This document shows, in pieces, positions 1-11,754 of a DNA stretch of 64,000 nucleotides (positions are counted from its first letter, which is position 1; each line of letters opens with the position of its first letter). The DNA is taken from contig CM078459.1 in NCBI GenBank assembly GCA_039906565.1, positions 18,851,066 to 18,915,065 on the forward strand. Direction: 5' to 3'. The notes beneath the pieces are model-generated. The model was not told the origin of the DNA. It saw only the letters and a list, made by a program, of their open reading frames with translations, and did no database searches. Source of the stretch: Aegotheles albertisi. Taxonomy: Eukaryota. Position numbers and translations under genes: made by a program.

Positions 1-1804
1 CTGTTCCTCCAAAGTACAGTCATTTTTAGCTTTATTCCCCCCATCTTCAACAGCTGCCTCAGTTTGACTTCTGTATAGCTTACATTCAGCCTTGAGCAGC
101 TATCTATCCAACACTGCACAATGAAGAGCACTCTGGAGCTAAAACACAATCTTGATCGCTCTCAAAGGCCAGCTGCTCTGTTATACCTTACATGCATTAA
201 CACCCACCTGAGAACTCTAATGCTGAAATGGCTTCTCCACCCAATTTGCCCAGGTAATTGTGCAGCTGGCTTGTCTTACTAGAATTCCTGGGGTGCTTAT
301 AGAAAATGCTTAGTTTCGTGAAGTCATTTCCTGTTAATAACAAATGCTGTAGCTGTTCTAAGAAACAAGCTAAGCAAATACTGCAATACTTATTTTTCCT
401 TATTTAATATAGTAATATTTTAAGAAAAGCAGGATGGTAAAGGTAAAAGAAAGAAATGGAAAAAATAAAAGAACTTTCTGGAGTGTTTCTGAGAATATAA
501 TTTATTTCAGCTGCCTCAGACTTTCCTGATACAGTTTGCAGTTCATAAAACTTCAGCTGCTCAGAGAAACTCCTTTCTGATTTGTGACAGGATTGCAGCC
601 AAGCACCTCGATACTGGATTATGTCCCATGATTCCGTGGTGGCACATTTCTTCTGTAGGTTCAGCTGTGGTCCTCTGCTTAAGATTGTTGTGTGTGTGGA
701 GTAGGCCACCTTAAACATTAAAGAAGTTGATTTTAGGGTCGAGAATTAGTGGCATAATCTCAGATACACAAAACAGCGTTTGCAGGAGCTTAGTCGTGAA
801 AGCTCTTGTAAACAAGGTTGAGCCATTACTGTGAGGCATAGCCCAGTTTCAGAAAGTTTAATTAACTGAAATGGCTCTTTATTGCTTACGTATTTTCTCG
901 TAGTTAAGTCTGTAACATTTGTAAGAGAGAGATGTCAGTGATGGTAATCAGATAGATCTTTGGAATTCTGTTTTATTTACCAGTACTATAAAAATCCCGC
1001 CACCCAAACCATGAAGAAATCAGCAGCAGATGAAAGCTGGTTTGCCTATGGCTCTTTAGCCGGCACTCTCAGTAAGTTGTCCGTGTGCCTTTCTCATGGT
1101 TGTGCTCCACGGAAGGTCATGCTCCAGGGCACTGAGGAAGCAAAGAAGGCATTCTGCTCTCGCTTTTTTTAGTCCAGAAGGCTTAAGCAATGATTTCTGT
1201 AACTGGTTAGTTATTCTCCAGAGCAGCTGTGAACTTACTCTGTGGTGGGTTTGGTGGAGAGTTCTGGAGGCTTTTTGTCTTCACTAAATTGTTGGCCCAA
1301 GCAGATTATTCTTTTCAAATAAAACCATTGTGTGTGTTTCAGCTACCTCTTTCCTTACGTAGCTCTGATTACAGAACACACTCATGGCAGTTTATAATAC
1401 AGTATTCTCTGCTTGGAGTCAGTTTGCATGCCAGACTATTTTTCCCATTCGATTTACCTCCAAAAATAAATGTGCTGTGTGTGTTGTGCGTGTGATCAGT
1501 ATCGGAAATCTGGAATGGAATTCAGGAATACAGGTTTTAACACAGCTCCTCCGTGTAGCAAATACCTGGTAATGCCTTTACTAAATTACGAGTCTCCTAC
1601 TAAGTACTGGGCATCTGCTGGGTTTAACATCTCTCTGTGCTACTGGTTAATTGTGTCAGTGATCAAAAAACTGAGGTTTTGCAGAGAGGGGGGTGGGGGA
1701 TGAGAGAGGTGATTAAATGTCTCACCTCTGCCAACATGTTACGATACGCTAAATTAATTATTTTAGTGGAAGATTTTCCCGTGACAGAGAAATGATAGCA
1801 TTTA

Positions 1805-3565
1805 ATGATAAATTCATCCTGCAGTTCTTGTAGGGTCTTCTTTTGGGGCAGTTTTTCAGAAAGCCAGTGCTTTCTTACCAGGTTAGTGTCAGGGGCTGAT
1901 ACAAAGGCATGGCGAGGAGCCTTGTCCCACCTACTCTGCAGTGTGGAATTTGCTGGAGCAGTGGGGAGAGAATTACAGGAGGAGGATCAGTTAGGGTTGA
2001 GCAATCTGGACATCCATAAATTGATGGGACCGGATGGAATGCACTCGCGGGTGCTGAGGGAGCTGGCAGAGGTCATTGCTAGGCCACTCTCCATCATCTT
2101 TGGTAAGTCATGGGCAACAGGAGAGGTGCCTGAGGACTGGAGGATAGCAAATGTCACTCCAGTCTACCAGAAGGGCAAGAAGGAGGACCCGGGTAACTAT
2201 AGACCGGTCAGCCTTACCTCCATCCCTGGAAAGGTGATGGAACAACTTGTTCTTGGCACTATCTCTAGGCATATCAAGGATGAGGGGGTCATTAAGAGCA
2301 GTCAACATGGCTTTACCAAGGGTAAGTCATGTTTGACCAACCTTATAGCCTTCTATGAGGAAATAACTAGGTGGATAGATGATGGTAGAGCGGTAGATGT
2401 GGTTTATCTCGATTTCAGTAAAGCATTTGACACTGTCTCCCACAGCATCCTCGTAGATAAGCTAATAAAGTATGGGTTTGGTGATCAGGCAGTGAGGTGG
2501 ATCAAGAACTGGCTAAAGGGAGGAAGTCAGAGAGTTGTAGTCAATGGGACAGAATCTAGTTGGAGGTCTGTGACTAGTGGAGTCCCTCAGGGGTCGGTAC
2601 TGGGACTGGCGTTGTTCAATATCTTCATCAACGACCTGGATGAGGGTACAGAATGTATCCTCAGCAAGTTTGCTGATGACACTAAACTGGGAGGAGTGGC
2701 TGACACACCAGAGGGTTGTGCTGCCGTTCAACGAGACCTTGATAGGCTGGAGAGTTGGGCGGGGAGAAACTTAATGAAATTCAACAAGGGCAAGTGCAGA
2801 GTTTTGCATCTGGGGAAGAACAACACCATGCACCAGTACAGGCTGGGGGCTGAACTGCTGGAGAGCAGTGTAGGAGAAAGGGACCTGGGAGTCCTGGTGG
2901 ACATGAAAATGACCATGAGCCAGCAATGTGCCCTTGTGGCCAAGAAGGCCAATGGCATCCTGGGGTGCATTAGAAAGGGGGTGGTTAGTAGGTCAAGAGA
3001 GGTTCTCTTCCCCCTCTATTCTGTCTTGGTGAGGCCACACCTGGAGTATTGTGTCCAGTTCTGGGCCCCACAGTTCAAGAAGGACATGGAACTGCTTGAG
3101 AGAGTCCAGCGCAGAGCCACAAAGATGATTAAGGGAATGGAACATCTCCCTTATGAGGAGAGGCTGAGGGAGCTGGGTCTCTTTAGCTTGGATAAAAGGA
3201 GACTGAGGGGTGACCTCATCCATGTTTACAAATATGTAAAGGGTGAGTGTCAGGATGATGGAGCAAAGCTTTTTACAGTAATGATCAGTGATAGGACAAG
3301 GGGCAATGGTTGCAAACTGGAGCATAGGAGGTTCCATGTGAATATCAGGAAGAACTTCTTTCCTGTGAGAGTGACAGAGCACTGGAACAGGCTGCCCAGA
3401 GAGGTTGTGGAGTCTCCTTCGCTGGAGACATTCAAAACCCGCCTGGATGCGTTCCTGTGTGATGTACTCTAGGTGACCCTGCTCTGGCAGGGGGGTTGGA
3501 CTAGATGATCTCTCGAGGTCCCTTCCAACCCCTAGGATTCTGTGATTCTGTGATTCGGAGGATGG
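1805..3565 (+). mobile_element. CR1 (chicken repeat 1) LINE, 5'-truncated ORF2 copy. The uninterrupted 555-codon ORF at 1805..3472 carries the reverse-transcriptase domain, and the canonical CR1 3' tail follows.
   Basis: The ORF translation contains hallmark CR1 RT motifs: [60 protein letters not shown], and the C-terminal '[34 protein letters not shown]'. The DNA 3' end reads 'ctagatgatctctcgaggtcccttccaacccctaggattctgtgattctgtgattcgg', the canonical CR1 terminus with 8-bp ATTCTGTG repeats. The first ~40 codons of the ORF do not look like RT, so the real 5' boundary of the element is probably near 1900 to 1950. Confidence 0.9.
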
Positions 3566-4168
3566 CAACCTTATGGTAGATATTGCTTGTTGCTAAACTC
3601 AGTCTTCTGTGTGGTTATGGTGGGTTTGGGTGCATTTTTCTGAATGTCTGTTTTTCACAAACTACTGTTGCCATAATGGTTTGTATGTGTAAACTGGAGA
3701 ACTTTGAACATACAAATGTCAGGTTTCCTCAATAAGGTTCAAGTCAGTGCTATCATAACTGCTTTGAATATGGTTCTTCAGAGGTGTTAAATACTTTGAA
3801 ATAATTATACTATATTCAGGTTCAGTATTTGGAACGAATGATAAGTTCATAGTTTTTAATTTCCTTCAAAATGCTGGTTTTAGCCTGTCACAACCTCATG
3901 TCATAAAGCACCTTGCGTAGCTGGGATGCAGTGAAAATCTGAGTTGAAGTTGTTTTATGTCAGAAATAACACTTCTCTTACAGAGGAAGCCTTCACAGAC
4001 TTAACTCCTGACTCGCTTGTTTAATTCTTTCCTTAGGAATGTCTGCAAATGTGTTGTATAGATGTTTCAGTAGTATTATTTTTAAATACATTTTATTATT
4101 GGTGTGGTAACAGGAGTTCATTTTCTGTTTTTCCTCTGCCACTTTAATTTGATCTTCCTTCTCAATAG

Positions 4169-4268
4169 CAGGAGAAAGAAAGAAATAAAATCGAAACAAA
4201 AGAAAAATCTCCAAAAAAAGAGGCTGAAAAAGAAGAAAAGAGCAGAAAAGAACAAAAGGGCCTAAAAA
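4169..4268 (+). CDS. MPHOSPH8: MPHOSPH8 coding exon (Lys/Glu-rich linker): QEKERNKIETKEKSPKKEAEKEEKSRKEQKGLK, plus one nucleotide carried into the next exon.
   Basis: Acceptor 'ctcaatag|CAGGAG' and donor 'AAAAA|gtaagt'. The exon ends in phase 1; its last nucleotide A plus the GC that opens the next exon gives AGC (Ser), which is in frame. It resembles the human MPP8 region '...KEEKGRKEPKGLK' as I recall it. Confidence 0.7.
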
Positions 4269-4796
4269 GTAAGTGCTAACTGCTTAAAAGAGAGAAGGGG
4301 AAGACCCTTCAGAACATTCTCCTCTAATTTCTACAAGAGTGAATATTGTATAGTTCTGTAACACATACCAGAAACAAGAATTTTTGCTTTTATTTTAGGA
4401 AGCAAAAGTCTGCTGTTTAATGGCTTTGTTAGTAAATGATTTGTGAGAATGCTGTATGTGCTTTCATGTATGAAGCATGGAAGTGTGTAGAAATCTCACA
4501 TTTTTGTAGACAAGTCAAGATTTTGCCCTTTTTCATTTAATACTATCAGCTGTGCTTCTGTAGCATGTAACAGTAATCTTTTTTTTTCAGCTGAATTCAT
4601 CCAGCTATTGGCTATCTCCAGAAAAGTTCTGATGATACTATGAATACACACTTCCTATGTTTAGAAAAACAAGTAGAGGTTCCCATCAGACAAAACTTCT
4701 TGCCTCTTGCTTTGGCCACCATGATGGGTTATATTGATCAACCCTTAAAATACCACCAGAACTGGATGATTTGATAAAAGAAGAAAAATGTCTAGG

Positions 4797-4900
4797 TTTT
4801 AGAATCATAGAATCATCGAGGTTGGAAGACACCTTTCAAGATCATCCAGTCCAACCACCTACCTACATAACCACTAAACCACATCACCCATCCTTTTATT
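4797..4900 (-). mobile_element. CR1 3'-end fragment in reverse-complement orientation.
   Basis: 'tagaatcatagaatcatcgaggttggaagacacctttcaagatcatccagtccaacc' is the reverse complement of the CR1 3' signature '(attctatg)n...ggtcccttccaacc'. Confidence 0.7.
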
Positions 4901-5489
4901 TCTGTTCTTAATAGTATAATGGAGTATTAATGTTACCACAGTAAAATTCTCATTTATTTTATTCAGGATAAATTCCCTGACTACTCTGAGGACAAACTGA
5001 GAAAACTAAGCAATTCCACCTTTGATAATCATGAGTGATAATACAGGAGGAGCTGTGATGCTTCAAATATCTGTTGCTAGAGACACATCTTTCACTGAAA
5101 GCAACAATGCTTACAATGTTTGAGAAAAGTAGTTACAAACAGAATGATCAATTATTGTTCCTTATACCACACATGTCCTTTGCCTGTTCAGCACAGGTAC
5201 TGAACCATATTTTCAAAGCAGTAATTTTCACATAATTCTAAACTACATTTCTTAAAAAGAAGATGGTACTATGTTGAAAGCAGTCAGAACTCAGGCTTGC
5301 CAAGGTGGCTGGAGGTGAACTAGCTCTCCCTCATTTTTGGCTTGCACTGTTAAGCTTGCTCCTATTGTTAACTTAGGGAAAGAGAATAGACCTTTTCTAA
5401 ATGGACTCTGATCGCTCATTTAAACTTTGTTATGTAATGGTCTTTAGTGGCTCAAGTAGTCACTCTTGGTAACTGTCTTGGTATTCTAG

Positions 5490-5738
5490 GCTTTAAGGAC
5501 ATCAAAAGTGCAGTTGGCTTGTTTAATGTAGCTTCAGAAGAAAAAAGCAAATATTCTGAGAATAACTGCCAAAGAGAAGAATCTTCACTAGAATATAAAT
5601 TCGTAGAAGAATTAAAATCAAAAGACAGCAAGGTGTACAAGGAACGGAGGAAGATAAGAGCTGAATCAGACACATGGACTTACATTGCTGCAGAAGGTGA
5701 TCGAGAAGTAGTGGATGTGTGTCAAATGGAGAGCTCTG
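5490..5738 (+). CDS. MPHOSPH8: MPHOSPH8 coding exon: (S)FKDIKSAVGLFNVASEEKSKYSENNCQREESSLEYKFVEELKSKDSKVYKERRKIRAESDTWTYIAAEGDREVVDVCQMESS, plus one nucleotide.
   Basis: Acceptor 'ggtattctag|GC' and donor 'TCTG|gtgagc'. Entry and exit phases match the neighbouring exons. The conserved motif 'DTWTYIAAEGD' matches the MPP8 'DTWAYIAAEGD' region as recalled. Confidence 0.75.
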
Positions 5739-6190
5739 GTGAGCAGTGGAAACAAATGCAGGGGGAAGCTGAGCACTGGCAGTTAATGTTTTCTCCATTC
5801 CTGCTTGCATCTTTTTCTGCTCCAGTTCTTGTCTCTGCAGGAGGCTGAAAGGATGTTTTCTTTTGAAACTTACTGATAACTTTTCAGTGTGTTTCCAGTG
5901 TGTTTCTGCTATTGCAGTAATAGAGTGTTCACCATCTCCTATTGTTTCAGACTGATTTATTACAACAAATAGTTTGTTCCAAGTAAAAGCATTTCATGTC
6001 TGCTTGGAACATAGCCTTCATTGTTTGGAACCATTCCATGCTGACTTCCAGAATCTGTCTGAATGTAAAGTAGTAGTACATTAAGCTGCTGATCATTGAA
6101 GCAATGCACACAATGAATGGTTTGGAAATTTATAAGTTACTTATTAGTTATTTTATGTTTTTTCTTCCATAAAATCAAATTACATGGTAG

Positions 6191-6316
6191 ATGGCAAGCA
6201 GCAAGTCTTGAGTTTGGGTATGGACATGCAGTTAGAATGGCTGACACTAGAAGACTTTCAGAAGCATCTTGATGGAGAAGATGAGAATCATTTGTCAACA
6301 GAACCGATATCAAGTA
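6191..6316 (+). CDS. MPHOSPH8: MPHOSPH8 coding exon: (D)GKQQVLSLGMDMQLEWLTLEDFQKHLDGEDENHLSTEPISS(S).
   Basis: Acceptor 'acatggtag|AT' and donor 'AAGTA|gtgagt'. The incoming phase-1 G plus AT gives GAT (Asp). Matches the recalled MPP8 segment 'QQILSLGMDLQLEWMKLEDFQKHLDG'. Confidence 0.8.
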
Positions 6317-6402
6317 GTGAGTAGCTGCTGGGAGAAAGGGGTATTTCTTAGCTGGTGTTCCAAAGTTAAATATCCTATAACTGCATTTAATTTATTTTCT
6401 AG

Positions 6403-6491
6403 GTCTTCTGAGGGATGCTGTTAAAAGTGGAGATTATATGACAGTGAAGATGGCACTTTCTTCAAATGAGGAATATAATCTGGATCAAGAG
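6403..6491 (+). CDS. MPHOSPH8: MPHOSPH8 coding exon: (S)LLRDAVKSGDYMTVKMALSSNEEYNLDQE, start of the ankyrin-repeat region.
   Basis: Acceptor 'tttattttctag|GT' and donor 'CAAGAG|gtaatt'. The phase-1 A from the previous exon plus GT gives AGT (Ser). Matches recalled MPP8 'LRDAVKNGDYITVKVALNSNEEYNLDQED'. Confidence 0.85.
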
Positions 6492-7155
6492 GTAATTTTT
6501 CTGCAGTAGACGTATTGGAGAGGAGTGTGAGGGAAAAGTACAAAGCTGGAAATCTCTGGTACAAGTATTTTCACTGGTGATCTTGTGTAGTTGTATTACG
6601 TACCATCTTGAGAACTATACGTTATGGTAAAACTTACGTGGCATAGTAGAAAAGATGCCAAATGTACTACTGAGGCAAGCACGTGTTCTGTGAATTGTAG
6701 TGTCTGTTGGAAGATGCAAGAATGAGTGAGGAGACCGGCTGCTCACAGACGTCTCCTCGTACTTAAACTCTGATAAAACCCAAAAGCAGCATCGTGGTAG
6801 CAGCTGACTTGAGCCATTGTGTTTTTCCTCCAATGGCTGCTGACTTCTTTTTCCACTGTTTTGCTGTCTTCCCCACCCTCTAATACCTTGTCGCCTTTCT
6901 TCCTGGCTCATCCTGGTTTTCCTCTTTCTTCTTGTTCAGAATACTATGGGTTTTGCAGATTATGGAGTTCAGAGCTTGAGGTCTGTTGACAAGAGAAGTG
7001 GGAGGTGATAGTTTGTTGGTATCTGGCAGCTACGTATGTGTGAATTCTTCTGCCGGGGAAGAAGCCTGTTGATGCATTTGCAATTTTTGGGTCACAGCTT
7101 TGATTTATCTTAAAAGTATCTGATTTTTTTTTTATGGGAATGATTCTTGTTGCAG

Positions 7156-7296
7156 GACTCAAGTGGAATGACCCTAGTAATGCTTGCTGCTGCCGGTGGG
7201 CACGATGACCTTCTCCGGGTCCTAATCAGGAAAGGAGCTAAAGTTAACGGTAGACAGAAAAATGGAACAACAGCATTGATACACGCAGCTGAAAAG
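7156..7296 (+). CDS. MPHOSPH8: MPHOSPH8 coding exon, ankyrin repeats 1-2: DSSGMTLVMLAAAGGHDDLLRVLIRKGAKVNGRQKNGTTALIHAAEK.
   Basis: Acceptor 'ttcttgttgcag|GAC' and donor 'GAAAAG|gttggt'. Phase 0 at both ends, 47 codons. Canonical ankyrin consensus is present (G-TPL--AA--GH---V--LL--GA--N). Confidence 0.9.
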
Positions 7297-8075
7297 GTTG
7301 GTTTGATTGGTGTTGTATTTGTCATTCTTGGCTCTTACATTTAAAAGTGGTACCCAATTCTTTTCCCTTGGATGATGCCTACAAAGTAGTTAGCAGGATA
7401 TAGCAGGGTGACCTTAACTGTACAGTTTCAGCAGCTGTGGTTGCTGTAGTGTAAATAAATTCTGACCACAAACCCTACCCTGAGTAGAGAACATCATAGG
7501 GTGACCAAGAGAAAAAGTGAAGGCAAAGGACATCTCAGCTTGTCTGTCTTAGGGGCTGTTGTTCTTGTATTAGAATTGCTTATGGTCTCTGACTACACAG
7601 GATCCAAACTTTGGAAACTTTGACAGCAAATCTCTGATTAATCAGGGCTTGGTATTTAAGAGCTGGGAGGTGGAGATGGTGACAAGCTCCCCTGGAACTC
7701 AGACCAGCTAGACTGGAGCGCTAGAGCATGTTTGTGGGTGTGCTCTTTTGTCCAAGCTGATTTGTGTGTTTTCCCATGCACAGTAGATGCAAGGCCCAAA
7801 GGGAGCTTGGTTTCAGTTTGGTGATTAGTGTCAACATAGTTTTCTTCCTGTGGTATTCGCTATTGCAAGATCCAGAAAGAAGTAAGAACTGTAAATACGC
7901 ATGGCTGTCTACTTGCCTGAGCCTGAATTGCTCTTTGTTAGCCCTGGGAGAGAACAGTGTTAGTTGTGTCATGCCTTATGCTTTGGGTTTTACTGGTGTC
8001 ACTTTATACTCTGAAACAAAACCAGAATATTTCCTACTTATTTGTCTGGTGGTTTTGCTTTTTTTTTTTCCCCAG

Positions 8076-8162
8076 AATTTTCTAACAACAGTAGCTATTC
8101 TTCTGGAAGCTGGAGCGTATGTGAACATGCAGCAGAGCAGTGGTGAGACTGCTTTAATGAAG
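8076..8162 (+). CDS. MPHOSPH8: MPHOSPH8 coding exon: NFLTTVAILLEAGAYVNMQQSSGETALMK.
   Basis: Acceptor follows a long polypyrimidine tract 'tttttttttccccag|AAT'. Donor 'ATGAAG|gtagat'. Phase 0 at both ends, 29 codons. Confidence 0.9.
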
Positions 8163-10124
8163 GTAGATTCAGTGTTTGTCCTGACATGGTTTAATATTAA
8201 ATCCTTTTGGCAAACTAATAAAATATAAAAGCGTATTTATAGATGTGATTTAGGGAACATGCACTGTATTTGAATTATAAATACTACACTTGGTTATTCC
8301 AGACAGTGTTTTAATCCATTTTTGTAATGTGCTGCTATATCTAAACAATAAATTCAGATGCCATGAGTATGCAGTGCTAAACGTGGCTCATAATCCTCTT
8401 CCATTGTTTGCCCCAAGGAAATGCAGATAAGGTGTTACAACTGAGATAATCTGGTTGTCAGCAGGAAGAGAAAAATTCCAGGAAGGAGAATCTTTCACTT
8501 AGGTGTTGCTGTGATGGACTTTTGTCATTTCACTGCAGGCCAGAAATAAAATCATCGGTTTGCAGTCTCCTTTCACTGCCTGTTCTGCACTTTTACTCTT
8601 GCCTGTCACAAAGGAAATTTTCATTTAATTTTTTTTTATTTTGTTGTAATGGGAAGATTCTAAGATACTGAAAACAGTCTGTGTTCCTCTTAATACTTTT
8701 TTTTGCTTATATGAAATAATTTCGCCCAAATTCCCCTTCTTGATAAACTGTATTTATGTGTAGGCTGTTTAAGACAATTTGCTTGCAGAAGAGATTACAG
8801 AAACTTTTCTGTCCAAGACAATGTGATAATTGTTTCTCTCCTATCCTCTGCAAGGCTTAGCAAGTGTGGGGATTTCATGTCTTCTGTAAAGAAAATGGTA
8901 ACACCTGTGGTTTCCTCAGCTGCCACAGTCCAAAATGTCTTCATAATTTGGCTGCCTCCATGAACCTCACTTCTGACCTTCATTGTTTTTAAAGGTTTTA
9001 TTAGTGTTTGGTACATGGCTGTACATATTTTGATTGGCAGCCTACAGTGACTTATTCCAGATACGTGTTTTGCTGTGCAGATACAAAGAATAGGGTCTTT
9101 ATTTCCAGTGGTTTAACTGGAACAAGTTTAGCCACGTGTGGATACACACAAATGTGTTTATCAAGTCACTCTTATTTAACCTTAGGAGTTGGATCACGCC
9201 TTTTAAGAGAGGGAAAAAGATAAAAGTTTTGGCACTTAATTCCTTTCTCTGAGGTGGTGTGTGATTTTTGTGGGGTTTTTTGTCTGAGGGGACGGTGGGT
9301 TTAATTATTTATGGAAGATCATGCGTTGAAAGCACAAATGAAAGTTCAGACCCGAGACAAATTTCAGAAGTTTATCTTCATGAGGCCTTTCAGAAGTTGG
9401 AATGTGTATCTCTCGTGTCTTTCCCTAGTTCGTCTGAAGTGCTTGAAAACAAATGGCCAAGAGCATGTGTTTGCATTCTTCAAAGTAAAGCTTTCTTTAG
9501 ACTTCCCTGTAATTTGTCAAGCCTTCAGTGTTACTTAGAGTAAGAATTTCAGGTCATGTGAACTGAACGGCCTTGGACACTTAGGCAGTTAATAACAGTG
9601 ACTGTCTACATAGCTGAATAACAATTTGGGGCAAATTCTCTCAATTTACTGCATACCTGAAGCACCATTTGCACTGAGACTCCTAAAAACAGACATTTCC
9701 AAGTGTCACTCTAGTCATTCTCAGTATTTCTGCAGAAATCCATTTATCCGGGTAAATAACTGCAAGAAAGTTTACAGTGGCTGAACTCCAGCAGAACAGA
9801 TGTTTTCATGGAACTTTGGGGCTTTGTTTTATCTACTTTTTTTTTCTTCTGATTTAAGTGCATTCGGTAACCCTGAGTGTTGCTGCTGCTGTGGGATTGG
9901 GCGTGCAGTGTTGCCTGGGTAAAGACAGAATGTTTATGGAGTGTGATCCTGAGTCTCGAGTTGTACTGGCATTCAGAGAGCAAATCCCTAACCTTGTTTG
10001 CTGAATTGGAACTGATTTGGGATTTTAATTAATTTCTGCTGTTCTTCTTACTTCAGTGTTACACTCTGTTCTAACGAGAGATCTGTCATTGTTGTCTGTT
10101 CTTCCATCTCCTCACTCTGCACAG

Positions 10125-10279
10125 GCTTGTAAGAGGGGGAATTCGGATATAGTGCGGCTCATGATTGAGAGCGGGGCAGACTGCAACATCCTCTCGAAGC
10201 ACCAGAACAGCGCGCTGCATTTTGCTAAGCTGTGCAATAACGTGCTGGTGTATGAGCAGCTCAAGAGTCATTTGGAAAC
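10125..10279 (+). CDS. MPHOSPH8: MPHOSPH8 coding exon, ankyrin repeats 3-4: ACKRGNSDIVRLMIESGADCNILSKHQNSALHFAKLCNNVLVYEQLKSHLE(T).
   Basis: Acceptor 'ctcactctgcacag|GCT' and donor 'GAAAC|gtgagt'. The exon ends in phase 2; AC plus the G that opens the next exon gives ACG (Thr). Confidence 0.9.
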
Positions 10280-11754
10280 GTGAGTAAACTGTGCTTTAAA
10301 GCTTGTTCTGGTAAACTTTGCAATGCTGGGCATGTCATAATTTTGGTGGAGCTGAAAAGAAAATTTAAAACTGTGGTGTCCAAATGCCTTATATAGAACC
10401 TGCCATTCCAGTTAACTTTGTTTCAAAACAGATGAAACAGAAAGGAAAAGTAAGGATGATCAGAGATACAGAGCACCTTCTGTGAGGATAGACTGAGGAA
10501 GGTGACACACGTTGCCTTGGGACAGATTAGAAGGTCAAAATTTAAAATAAAATCAGAAAACGAGAACAAAATAACCCAAAACTATGAGACAGGTCATCCT
10601 GTTAAATGATTTAGTGATAGGTTTGAAATAGAGGGATATTTTTGCACAGAAAAAACTAAATTATAGATTTCATTGTTGCAGAATGTTGTGGTGACAAATA
10701 CAAGGGATTTTAGAAGGGATTAAGTAAATCTAAGGAGAGGTGCAGTTTGGCTGCGGTCTGTAATTTTGGATGTCTCTGAATCAGATTGCTGGAAACTAGG
10801 ACACTGTATCAAAAAAACTCAGCTGTTTAATTTCCCATATTTAATACAAATTTGTCTAGCATCTGGAAACCAGGCTCGGTGGGCTTCCGGGCTTGCTTTG
10901 ATACAGCAGTTTTTGTGGTGTCTTTCTGATCAAATGCTTAAGTTTTAGATGATGCGGATGGTAACCTCAATGTGCTCTGAGTAATAGCTCAAAAAGCTAC
11001 AAAGCTGAGAGAGTCAGGACCTTTGCCTTGCAAAAGAATTTAAAACCCATTTGTGTCAAAACAGCTTTCTGAAGATTACTTGGTAACCTGCTTGTAAAAG
11101 TGCTGGGTACTGTTGGTTAATGTGATCTCTCTTTTGGGCCTAAGCGCCTCATTTAAATTACCCCCCAACCCAAAAAACAAATAAAAAAACCCCAATTAGG
11201 CTATTTAGTGGTAGTGTTGCTACTTTTTCACTGCATTTCCATAGAGTTAATTTGGAACTGCATTTTTCCGATGGTATTGCCAGTAAAACCATACAGTGAC
11301 TTGTGTGTTTATTTTTACACTGTACTTGCAGTCAGGTTGAAAAATCAGCCACCCTGGGGGTTTTCTGTTTCTGTTTGCCCACTAGGTACATATTGGTGTT
11401 TCGGGGACACCTTTCTACATAAAGAGCCTTCAAAATAGTGGCTGGCTGGAATTTTTTTAACCTACTGCAGGGCATTTGTCTCAGCTTTTTATTTTTATGG
11501 ACCTGATAGATTAATTTCATGAAATTAATGTGATATTAATGATAATTAAGTGAAATTAAATAAAATAACAATAATAAAATGTTTTATTAAGAAAGTAATG
11601 GGACTTGGGGTCCATCTATGCATAAATGGTAGTGATGGAGACATTCGCTCCTGAAAATCGGGAATCTAAAAAGGTCATCTGGATTTCTCCTTTGCATCAG
11701 CTCTCATTAAGTCTGTCAGGTAAGTTTACAAACCTCACGTGTTTGGTCTCCTAG

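Noticed and set aside
1805-1930. N-terminal ~40 codons of the CR1 ORF ([17 protein letters not shown]...).
   Set aside because: It does not resemble the CR1 endonuclease or RT. It is probably flanking intronic sequence fused in frame by chance, so the true 5' end of the element is likely downstream of 1900.
5447-5848. 133-aa ORF in the six-frame track.
   Set aside because: Only 5490..5738 is exon, bounded by an AG acceptor and a GTGAGC donor that join in frame with the neighbouring MPHOSPH8 exons. The remainder is intronic read-through of the same frame.
7764-8228. 154-aa ORF spanning the MPHOSPH8 ankyrin exon.
   Set aside because: The ORF is open only because the intron happens to lack stops. 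The coding part is 8076..8162, defined by splice signals and by continuity with the flanking exons.
7147-10283. Alternative identity of the ankyrin-repeat gene (ASB family, ANKRD, ANKRA2/RFXANK, etc.).
   Set aside because: There is no SOCS box or other partner domain. The non-ankyrin C-terminal domain (LEPVFPIACHRLCEGPDFSTDF...VKLLIGAYRVQLQ) matches MPP8 as I recall it, and so does the convergent synteny with PSPC1.
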